Source of the DNA: Camelus ferus
Lineage: Eukaryota
DNA: 64,000 nucleotides
NCBI RefSeq assembly: GCF_009834535.1
Contig: NC_045707.1
Span: 63,738,001 to 63,802,000 of the forward strand
Direction of reading: 5' to 3'
Shown: positions 13,866-28,099 of the stretch, piece by piece
Layout of the letters: each line of letters starts with the position of its first letter
How positions within the stretch are numbered: the first letter of the stretch is position 1
Notes under the pieces: generated by a model
What the model was told of the DNA's origin: nothing
Database searches by the model: none
The model's input: only the letters and a program-made list of their open reading frames with translations
Program-made: the position numbers and the translations under genes

Positions 13866-14649
13866 CCTAGACTGATGAGTGTGAAAGGAGAGGAAGACTG
13901 GAGGTCAAGAAGTTTGAGCAACGATTTGAATTTTTATAGAGATGGGGATGTTTAAGGGTAGGCAAAGGGTTTTCAGAGTGGCAGACAGAATCTGTGGCCA
14001 GAATTTTGAAGCAAAAGGGAACGTGGAGGTCGCTCATTTTGTTAAAGCCCAGAGGCGCCGTCTAGACTAGAAGCTCTATCAGAACAGTGGTCATGTCCAT
14101 TTGGCTCACTGCTAGATACACATGCAACACCTCGCACTGGACGTGGTGAAGGGCAGCCACTTACTAAAAACATGTCAGCCGAGTCAAGATAGTTGAAGGC
14201 AAATATGTGCCTTGGGTTGGGTGGGTATTGGGTTGAACCATATGAAATGCCATTTGTGTTCATCTTAATTCTTCTGCAAAGCCCTCCCTCATATACTTTT
14301 CCTTCTTACTTCCCTTCCCAGCCCAATGCCCCAGTCAAGTTAATTTACTTGCTAAAGTTTGCCATTTACCATTTTCATACCTTCGCATATGTCTTCCTCT
14401 TAAAATATCTACTTCACTCTCAATTCATGTCTCTCCTCTTTCAAAGTCTACTGCAAATATTACCTACTCCCAACTATCCTTAAATGATTAAGTCTACTTT
14501 TGCTAATTTTTAACTTTGTGATCTCTTGTATTCCATTCTTGTTAAAATGCTTCTTTGCAAAAATATTGGGTTTTTTTTTTCAAATGCTCTGCTTATACAC
14601 CTAAATTTTCTTAAGTTTTTAAAATTTATTTTCTGGAATAGGCAATCTA

Positions 14650-15139
14650 CAGATGGTCCCCAACTTTGGATGGTACATCTTACAATTTTTTGACCTTATG
14701 ATGATGTGAAAGCAATATGCTTTCAGTAGAGACTGTACTTTGAATTTTGATCTTTTTTTCAGGGCCAGCCATATGAGATATTCTCTTGTGATGCTGGGCT
14801 GCGGAAGCGAGCCACAGCTCCCGGTGAACACACAATCATGAGTGGAAATAACTGATACACTGACAACAACTATTCTGTACTCAATCATTCTGGCTTTCAA
14901 ATTCAGTACAGTATTCAGTAAGTTACAAAAGATATTCAACACTATTATAAAATAGGCTTCATGTTAGATGATTTTGCCCAACTGTAGGCTAATGTTGGTG
15001 TTCCAAGTTCATTTAAGGTGGGCTTGGCTAAGCTATGATGCTCGGTAGATTAGGTGTATTAAATGCCTTTTTTGATTTACGATATTTTTAGCCTCTAAAG
15101 GGTTTGTCATACCTCCGTTTGTAAGTCAAGGAAGATTTG
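14650..15139 (-). mobile_element. Tigger5/MER47-family non-autonomous DNA transposon
   Basis: TA-flanked; imperfect TIRs cagatggtccccaactt and aagtcaaggaagatttg; internal sequence resembles MER47. Confidence 0.85.
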
Positions 15140-15329
15140 TATTTGCATGACTCCTACTTTAAAATATACGAAAGGTATCCAGTGAGCAGTTTGCTTCTCA
15201 TCCCTTCCCCCATCCAACTCAATCCAACTCTCTCCTCAAAGGCAACCAATATTATCAGTTTCTCAGTATCTTTTTGGAGACATTCTAAGTCTACATATGC
15301 AAATATGTACATATGGTTATGTACAACAA

Positions 15330-17240
15330 CAAAAAGATCAGGAACAAGACAAGGACGTCAATTCTGACCACTTCAATTCAACATTGTACTGGAGGTTATA
15401 GCCACTGCAAGAAGGCAAGAAAAAGTAAAACATATCCAAATTAGAAAGAAAGAAATCTCAATGTCTTTATTCACTGATGACATAATAGCCATGTAAAAAA
15501 AAAAAAAAAACCCATGTAATCTACAAAGAAGTTATTAGAACTAATAAGTGAGTTCAGCAAATTTGTAGGATGCAAGTTCAAAAATCATGTTTTTATATGC
15601 TAGCAATGAACAATTAGAATTAAAATTTTAAATATCATTTATAATAACATGAAATCCTCAGAAATACATCTGACAAAAGACCTGTACACTAAAAACTACA
15701 AAACATTTATGAAAGAAATTAAAGTAGATGTAAGTAAATGGAGAGCTATACTATCTTTATCAGTTGAAAGACTCAAAACTATTTGACATAAACTCTTCCC
15801 AAATCTATCTATAGATTCAGTGCCATCCCAATCAGAATTCTAGCAGGGTTTTTAAAAATTATTTTTATAGAAATCAACTAAAATCCATATGGAAATGAAC
15901 CTCTAATAGTCAAAAACAATTTTGTAAAAAATCAAAGTTGGAAGACTAACGCTACTTGATGTCAAGCCCAATTATAAAACTATACTAATCAGTGTGGAAC
16001 TGGTATCAAGACAGAAAGTCAATGTTCAAAAATACAACCACTTATTTGTGGACAACTGATTTTCAACAAAGGTGCAAAGGCAATACAGTGGAGAAATGAT
16101 AGTCTTTTCAACAAATGGTGCTGCAGCAAAAAGAAATTAACTTCAATGTTTACCTTGTATCATATACAAAAAACAACTCCAAAAGAATCACAGATCTAAA
16201 TGTAAAGCCTAAAACTACAAAACTTTTGGAAGAAGAGGAGAAAATCTTTGTGACAATAAGCTAAGCAGAGAGTTCCAAACAATACCAATTGCACAATCCA
16301 TAAAAGAGTTTAAAACTTCTTCTCTTTGAAAGACACTGAAATAATGAAAAGGTAATCCAAACCAAGAGAAAATGCTTGCAGCTCATGTATCCGATAAATA
16401 ACTTGTATCCAAAATATGTAAAGAACTCTCAAAAGAACTAACCAAATAAATAAAATATGGGCAAAAGATTTGAACAGACATGTCACCAAGAAGATATACT
16501 GAAGTCAAATAAGCATATGAAAAAATGCTCAACATCATTTGTCATCAGGGAAATGCAAATTAAAACCACAATGATATACACACCTATTAGAATAATTCCA
16601 ATTTAAAAGACTGACCATACCAAGTGTAGGCAAAGATGTGGAGGAACTGAAACTTCTCAAACTGCTGATAGGAATATAAAATGGTACTACTTTGGAAAAC
16701 ACTTTGGAGGTTTCTTGAAAAGTTAAACATACACCTACCAAATAATCCAGCCATTTTCTTCATAGGTAGTTCCCCCAAAGAAATAAAAGAAACTGTGTTT
16801 ACAAAGACTTGTACACGAATGTTTACAGAAGCTTTATTTGTAATAGCCACAAGTGGAAAACCACCTAAATGTCCAACCATACATGAATGAATAAACAGAA
16901 AGTTATATGCTGGATGTGCATACAAAGGATATTAACAGAAAAAGGAATAAACACAACATAGATGAGTCATAATTATGCAGAGTTGAAAGAAGCTAGATTC
17001 AAAAGTATACACACTGTATGATTCCATTTATATAAAATTCTAGAAAATTCAAACTAATCTATTGTAAATGAAAGCAGGGATGTGGGGGAAAGTATTATAA
17101 AAAATCTTCGGGGGTTGGTGATGGATACGTTCATTATCTTTGTGAAGATGGTTTTGTGAGTCAAACTTGTCAAATTGCAAACTTTAAATATATTTACTTT
17201 ATATCTATTATACTTCAACAAGGCTAATTAATTGTTTTTA
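15330..17240 (+). mobile_element. L1 (L1MC/MD-like) ORF2 RT to 3' UTR, decayed
   Basis: aagatcaggaacaagacaagga (RSGTRQG), ttattcactgatgacat (LFTDD-like RT motif), ORF 16681..16890 L1-like; many frameshifts. Confidence 0.88.
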
Positions 17241-17519
17241 AATAGTATACCTCCTGGCTTTTTTTCCCCCAAGTAATAATATACCTTGTTGATTGTTTCT
17301 TTTCAATGCACATTCTTTTTTACAGCTACCTAGGATTCTATTACATACATGTACTATAATTTATTTTCTAATTCTCCTACTGATGACAATTTACAAACAA
17401 TGCATTGAAAAATCTTGTACAAACTCATTTCCTTCATAAACAAGTATATCTATAGCATGTATTCCTAGAATTAAAACGCTTGGTCAAAAAGAAATACACT
17501 TACAGTTCTGGCTACTACT

Positions 17520-18145
17520 ATCCAACTGATCAGTTTTCAGTGCAACAAACAGAAACCATTCTAGAGATTTTAGATAGGAAGGCACTTGTTATAGGGAATG
17601 TGGTGCTTACATAGTGAAGGAAGGACTGAAGGAGCAGGACTAGGAGCCTAAGGCTGAGCCCCTCAGAATGAATCCCACCATGATACAGAACCAGTTCACC
17701 AGGGGAGCTACTACCTCTCCGGTCACACGTGGAGCCATACTGGAAGCCATACTGGAAGCCAGAGGCCACCCCTACAACCTCTCATTCCTGGGAAACTGGA
17801 GAAGGAAGATCTAATACCACAATCCAGGGGTTAAAATGTCCGATTAAGAAGCTGCTGCCACCACTACTGCTTCTCCATATCCAGGAAGTCGGAGGATGGA
17901 CACTTAATCCCTGCTGCATGGAAACATGTTTCCCACAAGCTTGCAACATTCAAGAACCTTAGGAAGATGGCCTTTGTCTCACTTCTCTTTCCAAACCTTA
18001 CAGAGAGCATTTAACTGGGAAAATCTCATTAGCTTTTAGAATCCTAGCTGTACAAAAAAATTGGGGAACTGTATTTATTTCCCACCTTCTCAGACTAGGA
18101 AGGTAAATCGGTGGTTGAGTGAGTAGATCCAGAATACACAGCACA
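17520..18145. mobile_element. Probable old MaLR LTR interrupting an antisense L1
   Basis: Compositionally distinct block with MLT-like motifs; antisense L1 sequence on both sides. Confidence 0.4.
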
Positions 18146-18149
18146 CTGT

Positions 18150-19480
18150 CCTCAGTGGTTGTTCCCGTTTACATCTCTACCAGTCAAATTTCTTGTTCCC
18201 CAATTCTGACCAATAATATCTAGGATATAATGATGTTTCACAACATTAAAAAATCTTTCTTGATCAAATGGATTTTAAAAACTAGTATCTATGTATAGTT
18301 CTATTTTGTACTTCTTTTACTAGTGAAGTTGAACTTTTTTTTTTTTCAATTTGAGTCATTTGTATCCTTTTCTGTGAAAACTGTACAGCTTTGGACCTTT
18401 TTCCTTTTGGACTGTTGAACTTTTTCTTACAGAATTCTAGTTCTTTATATATTAAGCAATACATGACAAGATTTACAATTTTTTTTCTAAATTTGTCATT
18501 TTTTTACTTTGCTTTTAGTGACTTTTTTTGCCATGAAGAATTTATTTTAATATAGTATATAATTTATCATTTTATAAATTTGTAGTGAAAAATCTATCTT
18601 TATTGTTTCTGGATTTTATGTCATATTTAGAACAGCCTTCACCACACTAAACACTTTCAAGGTTCTCCCATGATTTATTCAAGTACTTTAAACATTCCAG
18701 TTTTCAAATTTAAAACTGGATTTTATTTTGGTATATGAGGTATGAATCCAACTTTATTTTTTCCTGCAGATAGCTACCAGGTACCCTAATACCTTTTAAT
18801 GAGTTAAACTGTATTTTCCCCACTGAGGTGAAGTATCACCTTTGTCCTGTGCTAAATTCCCGTGTCTGGGTCTATTTTTGACTTTTCTCTTCTGTTCTAA
18901 TGATCAGTCATACGCCAGTACCAAATTCTTTTAATTACTGGAGCTTTCTATTTTAATATTTTGTAAGACTAGTCTGCCCTCATTGCTTTTTCAGAGGCTT
19001 TCTGGCTAGTCTTGCTTCTTTTTCCATAGAAACTTTGGGATCAGCTTTCTATGTTTAGAAAATCTTGGTATTTTTCTTGGGATTGCATTAAATTTATAGA
19101 GTAACTTACAAAGAACTGGCACGTATATGATGTGAAGTCTTCCTACCCAGGAATACAATATGCCTTTCCATGTGCTTAAGTTTCCTTTTTGGGAAAAACG
19201 TGAAATTTTCTTTCTGTGGTCTTGCATATTGTTTATTCCTAGGTAGTTTCTCTCCTTTGTTCTTACTTTAAAAGGGGCTCTCTCTTCAATTATATCTTTG
19301 AACTGCCCATTGTTTATATAAATGAAAGCTTTTAAATTTCTCTGACTAATTTTATACTCAGTGAAGATTAGTTTTAGGGTACTTTCAGTTGACTCTCTTA
19401 AGCTTTGTACCATCTTCTACAAATACCAATTTTACCTCCTCCTCTATTTTCAATGTCTCTAAATTCTCTCACATCTGCTA
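18150..19480 (-). mobile_element. Old L1 (L1ME-like) ORF2 fragment
   Basis: ORF 19006..19413 contains L1-like SWVGRLHII...LYKFNAIPRKIP. Confidence 0.8.
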
Positions 19481-20588
19481 TATAATCCTCCCCTAGGTTT
19501 TTAAGTTCCTTGAGGACATGAGTTACAGCAGTACATTTTGTATATTTTTCAGAGCACCTGTTAAATGCTCTGCATAGAATGGTAAATTTTTTTAAAGTGT
19601 CACGTATATATTTTGCAACAAAGTAAGTCTTTCAGTTTATAAATATTTTTCTTGAATTTATATATGAAATTTCAGGCAAAAACTAAAATTTTCAGTCTCA
19701 GGTTTGAAACATTCTTGATGATATTTATTCATTGTCCATAGCAGTTTTCCTAAAGCTATGTAGGATTTCATGTAAAAACTACACACATTAGGTATAATGT
19801 GAGAGGGGAAATGCTCAGTAAAAGCTTAAAATCAAATAGAGCCAAACCATAGATATTTACATGATGAAATAGAAGGTTAAATTCTATATGTAAGGAAATT
19901 AGTCTTCCTCCTTTATAGAGATATTTTTAAAATATTTCCAAACTATAGCAGTTACCTAGACATCAGAAGGATAAATCAGTCATGTGTCTATCTTAAAAAT
20001 GCTACATCAAATGAGAAGTTCCACTTGATAAAGCAAATGGTTCTTCCCCAGACCATTTTCAAATGTGGTAAAAAAAAATTCTAAACATCTAAATTAAACG
20101 TTCATAAAGTGAAGTAAAGCTAGCAACAGTTGTGTGATATAGTGAAATAAGATGAAAATTCAGTGAAGAAGAGACAAAAAGCAGCTCTTAAAACTGCCCA
20201 GCAAAATGAATAAATATTTGCAGACTTTCCACATAGGACAGTAAGACACTACCATCCCCCAGTCTAACCCTAACAATCTTTTCAATTCTCATAATGTGAC
20301 TCTTTCTCTACCTCAATAACTAATTCTTTCTTGTACCTTATGCTGGACCTGTATCCCTTGGATCTTATATTGTCTGTGTACATACCACACACCCAACTCT
20401 CAAAAAATGAGGCATACATTTTCAAACGTGCTAGTATTTTAAGATTACCATCGAAGACCATTAAAGGCAGGTAACTGAGATTTGGAGGTCTAACCAATGT
20501 GTTCATAAGACCAGGATATGAATCCTGACCACAATACTCAAATAAAATTAGTGCAATTAGTTTTAATTATTTCTTAGTTGGATAAATA

Positions 20589-21042
20589 CAGGCATACCTC
20601 AGAGATATGGCAGGCTCCATTCCAGACCATGAAAATAAAGCAAATATGGCAATAAAGCGAATCACAAATTTTTTGGTTTCCCAGTAAATAAAAGTTATGT
20701 TTACGCCATATGATAGTCTATTAAGTAGGAAACAGCATTATGTTTAAAAAAAACAATGTACATACCTTAATTTTAAAATACACCCAAAAATGTCAATAGT
20801 AACAGCAAAGATCACTGAGCACAGATCACCACAACAAACAGAATAATAATGAAGAAGTTTGAAATATCACAAAATTACCAAAATGTGACACAGAGACACA
20901 AACTGAGCAAATGCTGTTGGGAAAATAGTATGGACAGACTTGCTCGACACAGGGTTGCCACAAACCTTCAATTCGTAAAATAAAACAAAACAATACATGC
21001 AAGGTGCAATAAAGCAAAGATCACTAACACAAGATATGCCTG
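20589..21042 (-). mobile_element. Tigger1-derived internally deleted element (MITE)
   Basis: TA-flanked; TIRs caggcatacctc and aagatatgcctg; both Tigger1 ends present within 454 bp. Confidence 0.85.
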
Positions 21043-21897
21043 TAAATAAATGTCCTTCTGCAAGGCTAATCAGTGTTAAGTGACAACCTGAGATTATGAC
21101 TCAAGGTTATTTTAACTTTTGCCTCTTTTGCCCATTCTCAGTTGGACTAGTGCCCCATCAGACACATGCAAAGTTTCCTTTTAGCATTTCTTGGTATGTA
21201 CATTGAAACAGCATAAAAATTCATCTGAGTTAATAATGGTAAGTGTAGTGATTTGCTTTGAATGTCCCATTAAATTTCTTGAATTAATTATAAGTAACTG
21301 GCATGTGCAAGTTTTAGTTGCAAAGTAACCAGAAAACAAATACAGCTGAATCACCTTGAAAAACTGAAGAAGCTAAAAACTTAATATACATTAAAATAAA
21401 TTTTCTATCAGAGATCATGAATTTGGGGATATTAACTTCTACTGTTTTCAGCATTAGGGCAAAAATGGTGGTGCACAGCTCAAGTTCTCTAGTTCGAGTG
21501 TTTCCAAAAGATGCCATAATCAGCTTCAAAAACAACAATAAGAAGAGAGCAAAGATGGTAAGGAAATTCAAGGATACCATTAGCAAAAATTGTGGCATAT
21601 GAAGAATTTAGAATTCATCATAGAATGCCAAGTAGCTAGAAGCTTCTGTGTAATTTAATGATCACAAAGAAAGACAGTGTTTGGGGGCCAGGGGAGGGCT
21701 GACTCTGAAAAAGGTATTAATCTTAGTTACTAAAGGTCACAGAACCAATCTCAATCTTCCCTAATCATGTTAAAACTGACTTTAAATAATGTCAGCATAA
21801 GTCATTATTAGGCTAGGGACATCCTCAAACAATTTCATTATTATTAAATACAAGATTTTTTTTCCTTCTTCTTTAAAGCAGTGTTTGGCTTAAAGCT

Positions 21898-21933
21898 GGT
21901 TTTTTTGTTTGTTTGTTTGTTTGTTTGTTTTTT
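21898..21933. repeat. (GTTT)n microsatellite
   Basis: ttttgtttgtttgtttgtttgtttgtttttt. Confidence 0.9.
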
Positions 21934-24368
21934 AGCACTACTACAAATACTATGATCCTTTAATAGTATGCTTTAAAATGGCTGTTTTTCACTCCTGGTT
22001 CTTAATATTCTGAATCACAAGTCTGGCCAAATTTTATTTTTCTAATTAAACCCACCTATATTCCTAGCATTCACTATCTATAGAAAAAGACAAATAAAAG
22101 TCACTTACCAGATTGAATGAAGCTCTCAATCAACACCACACTCTTGAACTTTAGCTCCTAGTTCTACATTTAAGGAAATTCCCCTCACCCCTTATTTTAG
22201 AATAACTCTGCTCCACATTTCATAGATGACAATTGCTTACATCTGGCAATTACTCTGTAAGTAATTCTACATTCAGTTACTAATTTTTACAAGTTTTGAT
22301 TGGATGAGGCAGCAGCCCAGCTGTACTTCTGGTGAAACAGCGAACCAAGCGCTGAGGAGCAGGGACTGTCAAATGCCAACCTCAAGGCAACAGACTGAAG
22401 GTGAGTTCTCAGTGAATTAGCAAGGCCATCTACCTGACAGTCTTCAATACAGTCCATCCAAAATTAGGTCCTTCATAAATAAATTTCTTGCATCACTACT
22501 GTTGGCCTCAAAATCTTTGACAGGGAGGAACTACGCAATGCCACTTCTTCAGTTAAATAACCGATATAGGATTTAACATGGTGGGGGGAGGCTTATATTG
22601 TATAGTTTTTGGACAAGAGGAATAATTTTGTCACCCAGGAGAGCCAAAAGTCCTCAAGGCATCTTGCTCCTGCTATATAGTTTTTCCTTTACATGGCTTT
22701 TACATTTTGAAGAACTATCACTAGATCATTAAAAGTATTAACCTTTTGTGAATTTGTGCAGATGAGTTAATGCAGATGAATAAAAGTTACTTCTTGGTAA
22801 CTGGTTCATGGAATTTGTTTTTTTAAAAAAGAAACCAATGATTTCAATCTATATTCTCCCCAAAAGGGCCAAGAAGGGACCTAAATAATTGACCTTTTAT
22901 ACTATAACATCAAAAATATTCTTTAAAGGCACTGGAAAGATTATCAGAAAAGTCCAAGTATTCATTAAGCTTTCGTTCTGAACTATGTCTTCAAGTTCAC
23001 ATAGGGAAAAGGGGACCTATACCCTCAAACTGGAAAGTGCATTTACAAATACATGTATTATGCTATGTCACACTCCCTAAACGGGTCTACTATGACTCAG
23101 GAATGGATTGTGTCCTAGGTTACTATCTGGCGGCAAGGCAACATCTGTCAAAGGCAAAGAAACAATACAACTGCTTTTTAAAATGCATTTTTTCTAGGTT
23201 AAAAAAAAAAAAGCAGCCATGTAAACAAGCAAAAGGCATCTGTTTCTTCAACGCTACCCCAAAATTTGGGAAAGCAATTTGGATTCGAGGATCATTTAAT
23301 TGCCACTTGAAGCTAGGAAACAAGTTATTCTATTCTAACCTGGCTTGAAAATGTATCATTTGCAAGACTCAGAATCATTCTGTCCAGCTTTACCTCAAAA
23401 TCACTATCAACTTCAACTACTGTCATTCTAATTACCACACCCCAAAAGTTTGACTGGTACGTACTTATCAAATACAGAAATGTGAACATGTGTGTTTGGT
23501 TGACCTCATATCCACAGATAAAAGTACTTACATCATAGACTATGGGCAAAGGTCAACAGGTCCCCATCTCTGAGCTCTAACTATAAAGGAAGGCTGGTTC
23601 CCCTGCTGTGCGCTCTGGGAACTTAATAAATGAGTAAAATTGAGAGAACAGCCATGATGAGCAGAATGTGTTTTGAATTATTTTAAAGACCATATGGAAA
23701 CAATTAACAAAATCATGTAAACATGTGCTTAATTTGCTTTCTGAATTATTTTCATTAAAAGTCAAATGTGAATAAATTTGCTGAGCCAGGGCACACACAT
23801 TTACCTTTGTGTCACAGCACTCACATGCTAAGCTACAGCCTTGACAATGCAGAGAAGGACTCATGAAGTAATTGCTGGGGACATTACAGCGCTCCCCACG
23901 TAGGAAAACATACCAACAGAATGAGCGCAACCCAGAATTACACATGTACTAAGGACCTTGGACTTGCTCAACCCTCTCTCCCAGCCCTGTTTTCACAGGG
24001 GACATAAATCGGTAAGTTGACTTTTCCTAGAATGCTACCGTTACTCTTTAAGCTTAATTTACAATAAACATAAAACATCTTGAGAGTCAGGTAGTTAACT
24101 TCTAGTTCAAGAACTGTCACCACTGACTTAACTTTCTTTAAACAAAAAGTGATTCTGGTTTTTCTTGGGAAGTTGGTCAGTTGATTGAGGACAGAACGTG
24201 ACATAGGGTAGAAACTGTTTTCAGGGAACTCAAAATCTATAAAGATCAAATATAAATTAAAACAGATATAAGAGATATAGACACACACCAAATTGTTAAC
24301 AAGGGTTAACTCTAAAGAGGGATGTGGGATGGTGGTAGGAGATGAAAAAGGACTTTTATCCATTTAAA

Positions 24369-24460
24369 TTTTATTTTTTAATGGAGGTACTGGGGATTGA
24401 ACCTGGGACCTTGTGCGTGCTAAGCATGTGCTCTATGCACTGAGCTATACCCCCACCCAC
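24369..24460 (-). mobile_element. tRNA-Ala-derived SINE, short-tail form
   Basis: aatggaggtactggggattgaacctggg...tgagctataccccc. Confidence 0.9.
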
Positions 24461-27400
24461 TAGGCTTTTCTTTATTCTGTTTTAAAGGCACAGATCAAAC
24501 AAGTGTTAAGTTCTGGGAGCATGAAGTCATGTGTGATGTAGCTACTCAAAGTTGTATTTTAAGACTTGTTTTAGTTTACCCTTCTCTTTCCCTCTCAACT
24601 ATATCTTCCCTCTTTTCCCTTTTTTCCTCAAATCAAAAGCTATTCTGAATAAAGAAAAATCTGCTAAAGTTAATTACTGAATTTTATATATCAGTCAACA
24701 GTAGGCCAAAAGTAAAATACTTAAATGAATTGTAGGCAGATGCCTTTCTAATTTCCTGACGCACATGCTTAAGAGAGACCGTGGTTCTATCTTAGGTAAG
24801 TACTGGCTTGCATTTAAATTCTGATTCTAATGAAATCCACCTAATTGACCGCATTCCTTTGGGGAAGGTTTTATGGAGAGTCAGAAGTTATTTTAAAAGC
24901 CAAAACACACCTGAAGAGATCTGGGAGAAAATAAAAAACTGTATCAACATGAGAGCTCCTAGACTTGGTAAGAAAAAAAGCAAGCTGCAAAACATATGCA
25001 CAGTAAGACACAATTTATGTAAAACTTTCAAATGCACAAAACTGTACTTCTATAGGTAAATATGTATGTATATAAATGCATAGAAAAAAGGAGGTTGAAG
25101 AGTATACAGTATAGAACAACTGTTACCAATTAGGAGTGGTACCCAAGGGGCACTTCTACAGTGTCTGTATTTTTTATTCTTCCTAGAATATAGTCTTAGA
25201 TAATTAACTACAAACTGAGGAACCTTCAAATTTCTAGGGGAGTACTAAGTACAGTTACCTTAAAATAGCTTGCTACCACTTAAGGTACAGTCTAGCTAAT
25301 ACCACTTATGTCTGGTTTTCGACATTATCACACTTTCCCCCTGCTATCCCTCACTTTTCTCTCATTGCTCTACACAAGTTCAAATTCAAGGAAATCCTAT
25401 TAGCTTTTTCTTCAGCAGTTGATAATGAAGAGATGATACAGTTGCCAGGAAGAATCAAACTCAAAGTGAGAACTGACACAGTGGGAATGAAGATCATCTA
25501 AGTAGCCAGGTCCATCTTTTGGCTTTAACGTAATGCAGCTGGGAATATGTACAGTATTCTGAAAAGGACAAGATGCTATGAGAACAAGATTCTTTCTGGG
25601 TGTGCCATTTAACATAAACTTGCCATGTCCATTATCTACTGCAGGAAAAAACGCTGCAGTAAAAAGGTTAACATTCAAAAGCACACTCAGCTTCCTCAGA
25701 AAAAAGATGATACATAAACCCCAAAGAGCACAAGCAGTCTATCAAATTAAAGTGGTATTTGTTTAGAAGCAAAGCACTTTTTGCTTAAAATTGGAATGTC
25801 TTTTAAGAGTATTTCTAAATTTTTTTCATTACATATGCTTAATACTAAAGTAGTTACATTTGGGAAATCTTGCTCAGAATTGTGATTAATTTCTTTTCTT
25901 GAAAAGGGAGTAGCCATCAAAGTCGGACATACGTGTAGCATGAATTCTGGTCCACACCCCCAAATATATTACTCTGCTTTAGTTGATTAAAAATTATAGA
26001 ACAGCAATTTACTAGAATCAATGCCTATTATGAAATCAAGTAAATATATATGTTCAACAAATCCCAGTTTTTAATTATTAAAATCTAGGTAATGCATTGT
26101 GCAATTTAGAAGACAATACTTAAGGATCTACTCAGTCTCTATATCTTTAGAAATTATTATAAGGCTCTTGCAGGTCACTACTATCTACACCCTTTTCTAG
26201 AAGATCTCAACATTTTAAATGGTCACAAATTAAGTATTCCCTCTTTATCACACTGTATTTATAAAGAAAACTGAAAATTGTAATGGCAAACGGAGGTCAA
26301 AAGATAAATTTCAAAAGTCAAAGGCACAGATCAAATCCTTCCAGAGATAATGTATGTGGTAATTATAATAAGATAAGTTATACCGCCTGCAGATAATGAT
26401 CTAGATTCCTGGTAGCATTTACAATATAAAAAAACGTAAATCATATTTTAAAAGAAATAAACAGCAGAACAATTCATTTTTTTAACGTTCTAAATAGTTG
26501 GCACAATGCATAACTTGCCTTATTTAACTTGCCTTATTTAGAAACTACCGGATAAAGTGTAGTTTTCAAAACGGTTTTAAAAATTGTCAGGCTGTGGAAT
26601 TTCATATCTACCTGACTCCCATTCTACTGTTCACTACCCTCTTCCCTACCCCAAATTTTATCTTTTTTTCACAGAAAATCTGAAAATGAAATATCACTCT
26701 TCTTTTAATGCCAAATAAAAAGTAACCACTAATAATATATGGCTAATATTTTTTAGAAGATTTCAATTTAGCTGTAACAGCCATAGCTTTAGGATATTTT
26801 TCAGGAGATATCCCCAGAACAAAACAAATTCGAACACTCGTGTTTCATACAGTAACGTGATGCTTGTTTCTTTTCAGATTACTGTTCACCTCAAAACTGT
26901 TGCAATCTACATTTATAAAAACAATAATCTTCCTCTATTATCACAACACAAAACAGGAAGCAAAATACCCATCATCATAACAGAAACAGAAAAGTATACT
27001 TTTAATATTCAGACACTTTTTTTAATGACTATCTTAAACCAATTTTTAATTATATGTACTAAGAGTATACACTTAACTAGCTGAAAAATATATTGGTTCT
27101 ACCCACCTACTACTAATAATACACAACACGGTAACTGTCTTCTTCCTAACAGCACAACTATAAGGACAGGAACACAAAAGGTACGCATTAGAGAGGTGAA
27201 GAACTATCAGAGAAACCTCCTCAGCCTTGGTTTATCATCTGTTTATCTTTCCTTGTATACAGTCTGCAACTGACTGGTCCTCTTTCATTAGACTTTCACC
27301 CTATTCCTACCTCAAGACCTTTTGGGCTTCAGAGCAAGGACAGGTATGCCACAGTATCTATTGCTGCTACTGAGTTAGTTTAAATTACAAGTTAAAAAAA

Positions 27401-28099
27401 GAAGAATGAAATGCTTGAGGTTAAGAAAGACACATAGAAACCAGGGGAGAATAAAGCGAAAAAAAACCAAAAAACATGGAGCGTGGTTGTACCCCATCGA
27501 TAATTATCTGGCAACTCTGGAGCAGAAGCTTCTAGCTGGACTTTGTATCATTAATATAGGGTCAAAAATCAAGGGTACAACTCTCTAATTATCAGGATGT
27601 ATGACTTTATTTTTTGGAATAAAGCTCAATTTCATCTCTAATTATTTTTAAAAACATACTTCACTCCAGTGGAGAAGAGCTTATTTCCCATGTCCATCTA
27701 CAACAGTAGAAATGGCAAGGCTTCTTTACTCCACTGAAAGAACCAGGAGGGCAAAACCAATTTTTCCTGGATCTGCGTTCATGATTTCCCCTGCCTCTTT
27801 CCAGCCACTGCATAGATAGTAACTTCACAGGAAACCAAGAGACTACACAGTCATCCCATAAAAGAACACAATTTTAGCTTATCTTCCTGCCAACTCTTCC
27901 CATCCCATCCTCCCCAAACACAGACGACAGAAAGCGGTGCGTTGAGTCTGGCAAGGACAATAATAAAAGGTAAAATGAGGACTTAACAGAATGCTTAATA
28001 CTAAGTTAAAATTCTAATATCTTAACATCAAGGTTTCAATCTGTTCAACTTTAACCCATCTGTGAAAGTTACCTGTTTAGTAACTAGAACCTCTTCAAT

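Larger units (their letters stand above)
19700..28099 (-). other. RAB21: Putative extended distal 3' UTR of RAB21
   Basis: Repeat-poor AT-rich block; minus-strand AATAAA at 27606-27611 and 19724-19729, the latter followed by a U-rich downstream tract. Confidence 0.45.

Noticed and set aside
15330..17240. Active reverse transcriptase gene or novel retroelement system
   Set aside because: Frameshifted, stop-ridden fossil L1 ORF2; no intact ORF.
1..19700. Exons or promoter of a neighbouring gene such as TBC1D15
   Set aside because: No second CpG island and no recognisable coding exon; the region is mostly transposon remnants.
23037..25941. Cluster of 60-130 aa ORFs on both strands
   Set aside because: Overlapping, mostly non-ATG or low-complexity, no recognisable homology; expected by chance in UTR-like DNA.
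26511..26540. Short direct repeats (taacttgccttatt x2; also 17734-17760, 41593-41615, 55200-55232) as array-like structures
   Set aside because: Two-copy slippage duplications without regular spacers; not CRISPR-like, and the DNA is eukaryotic.
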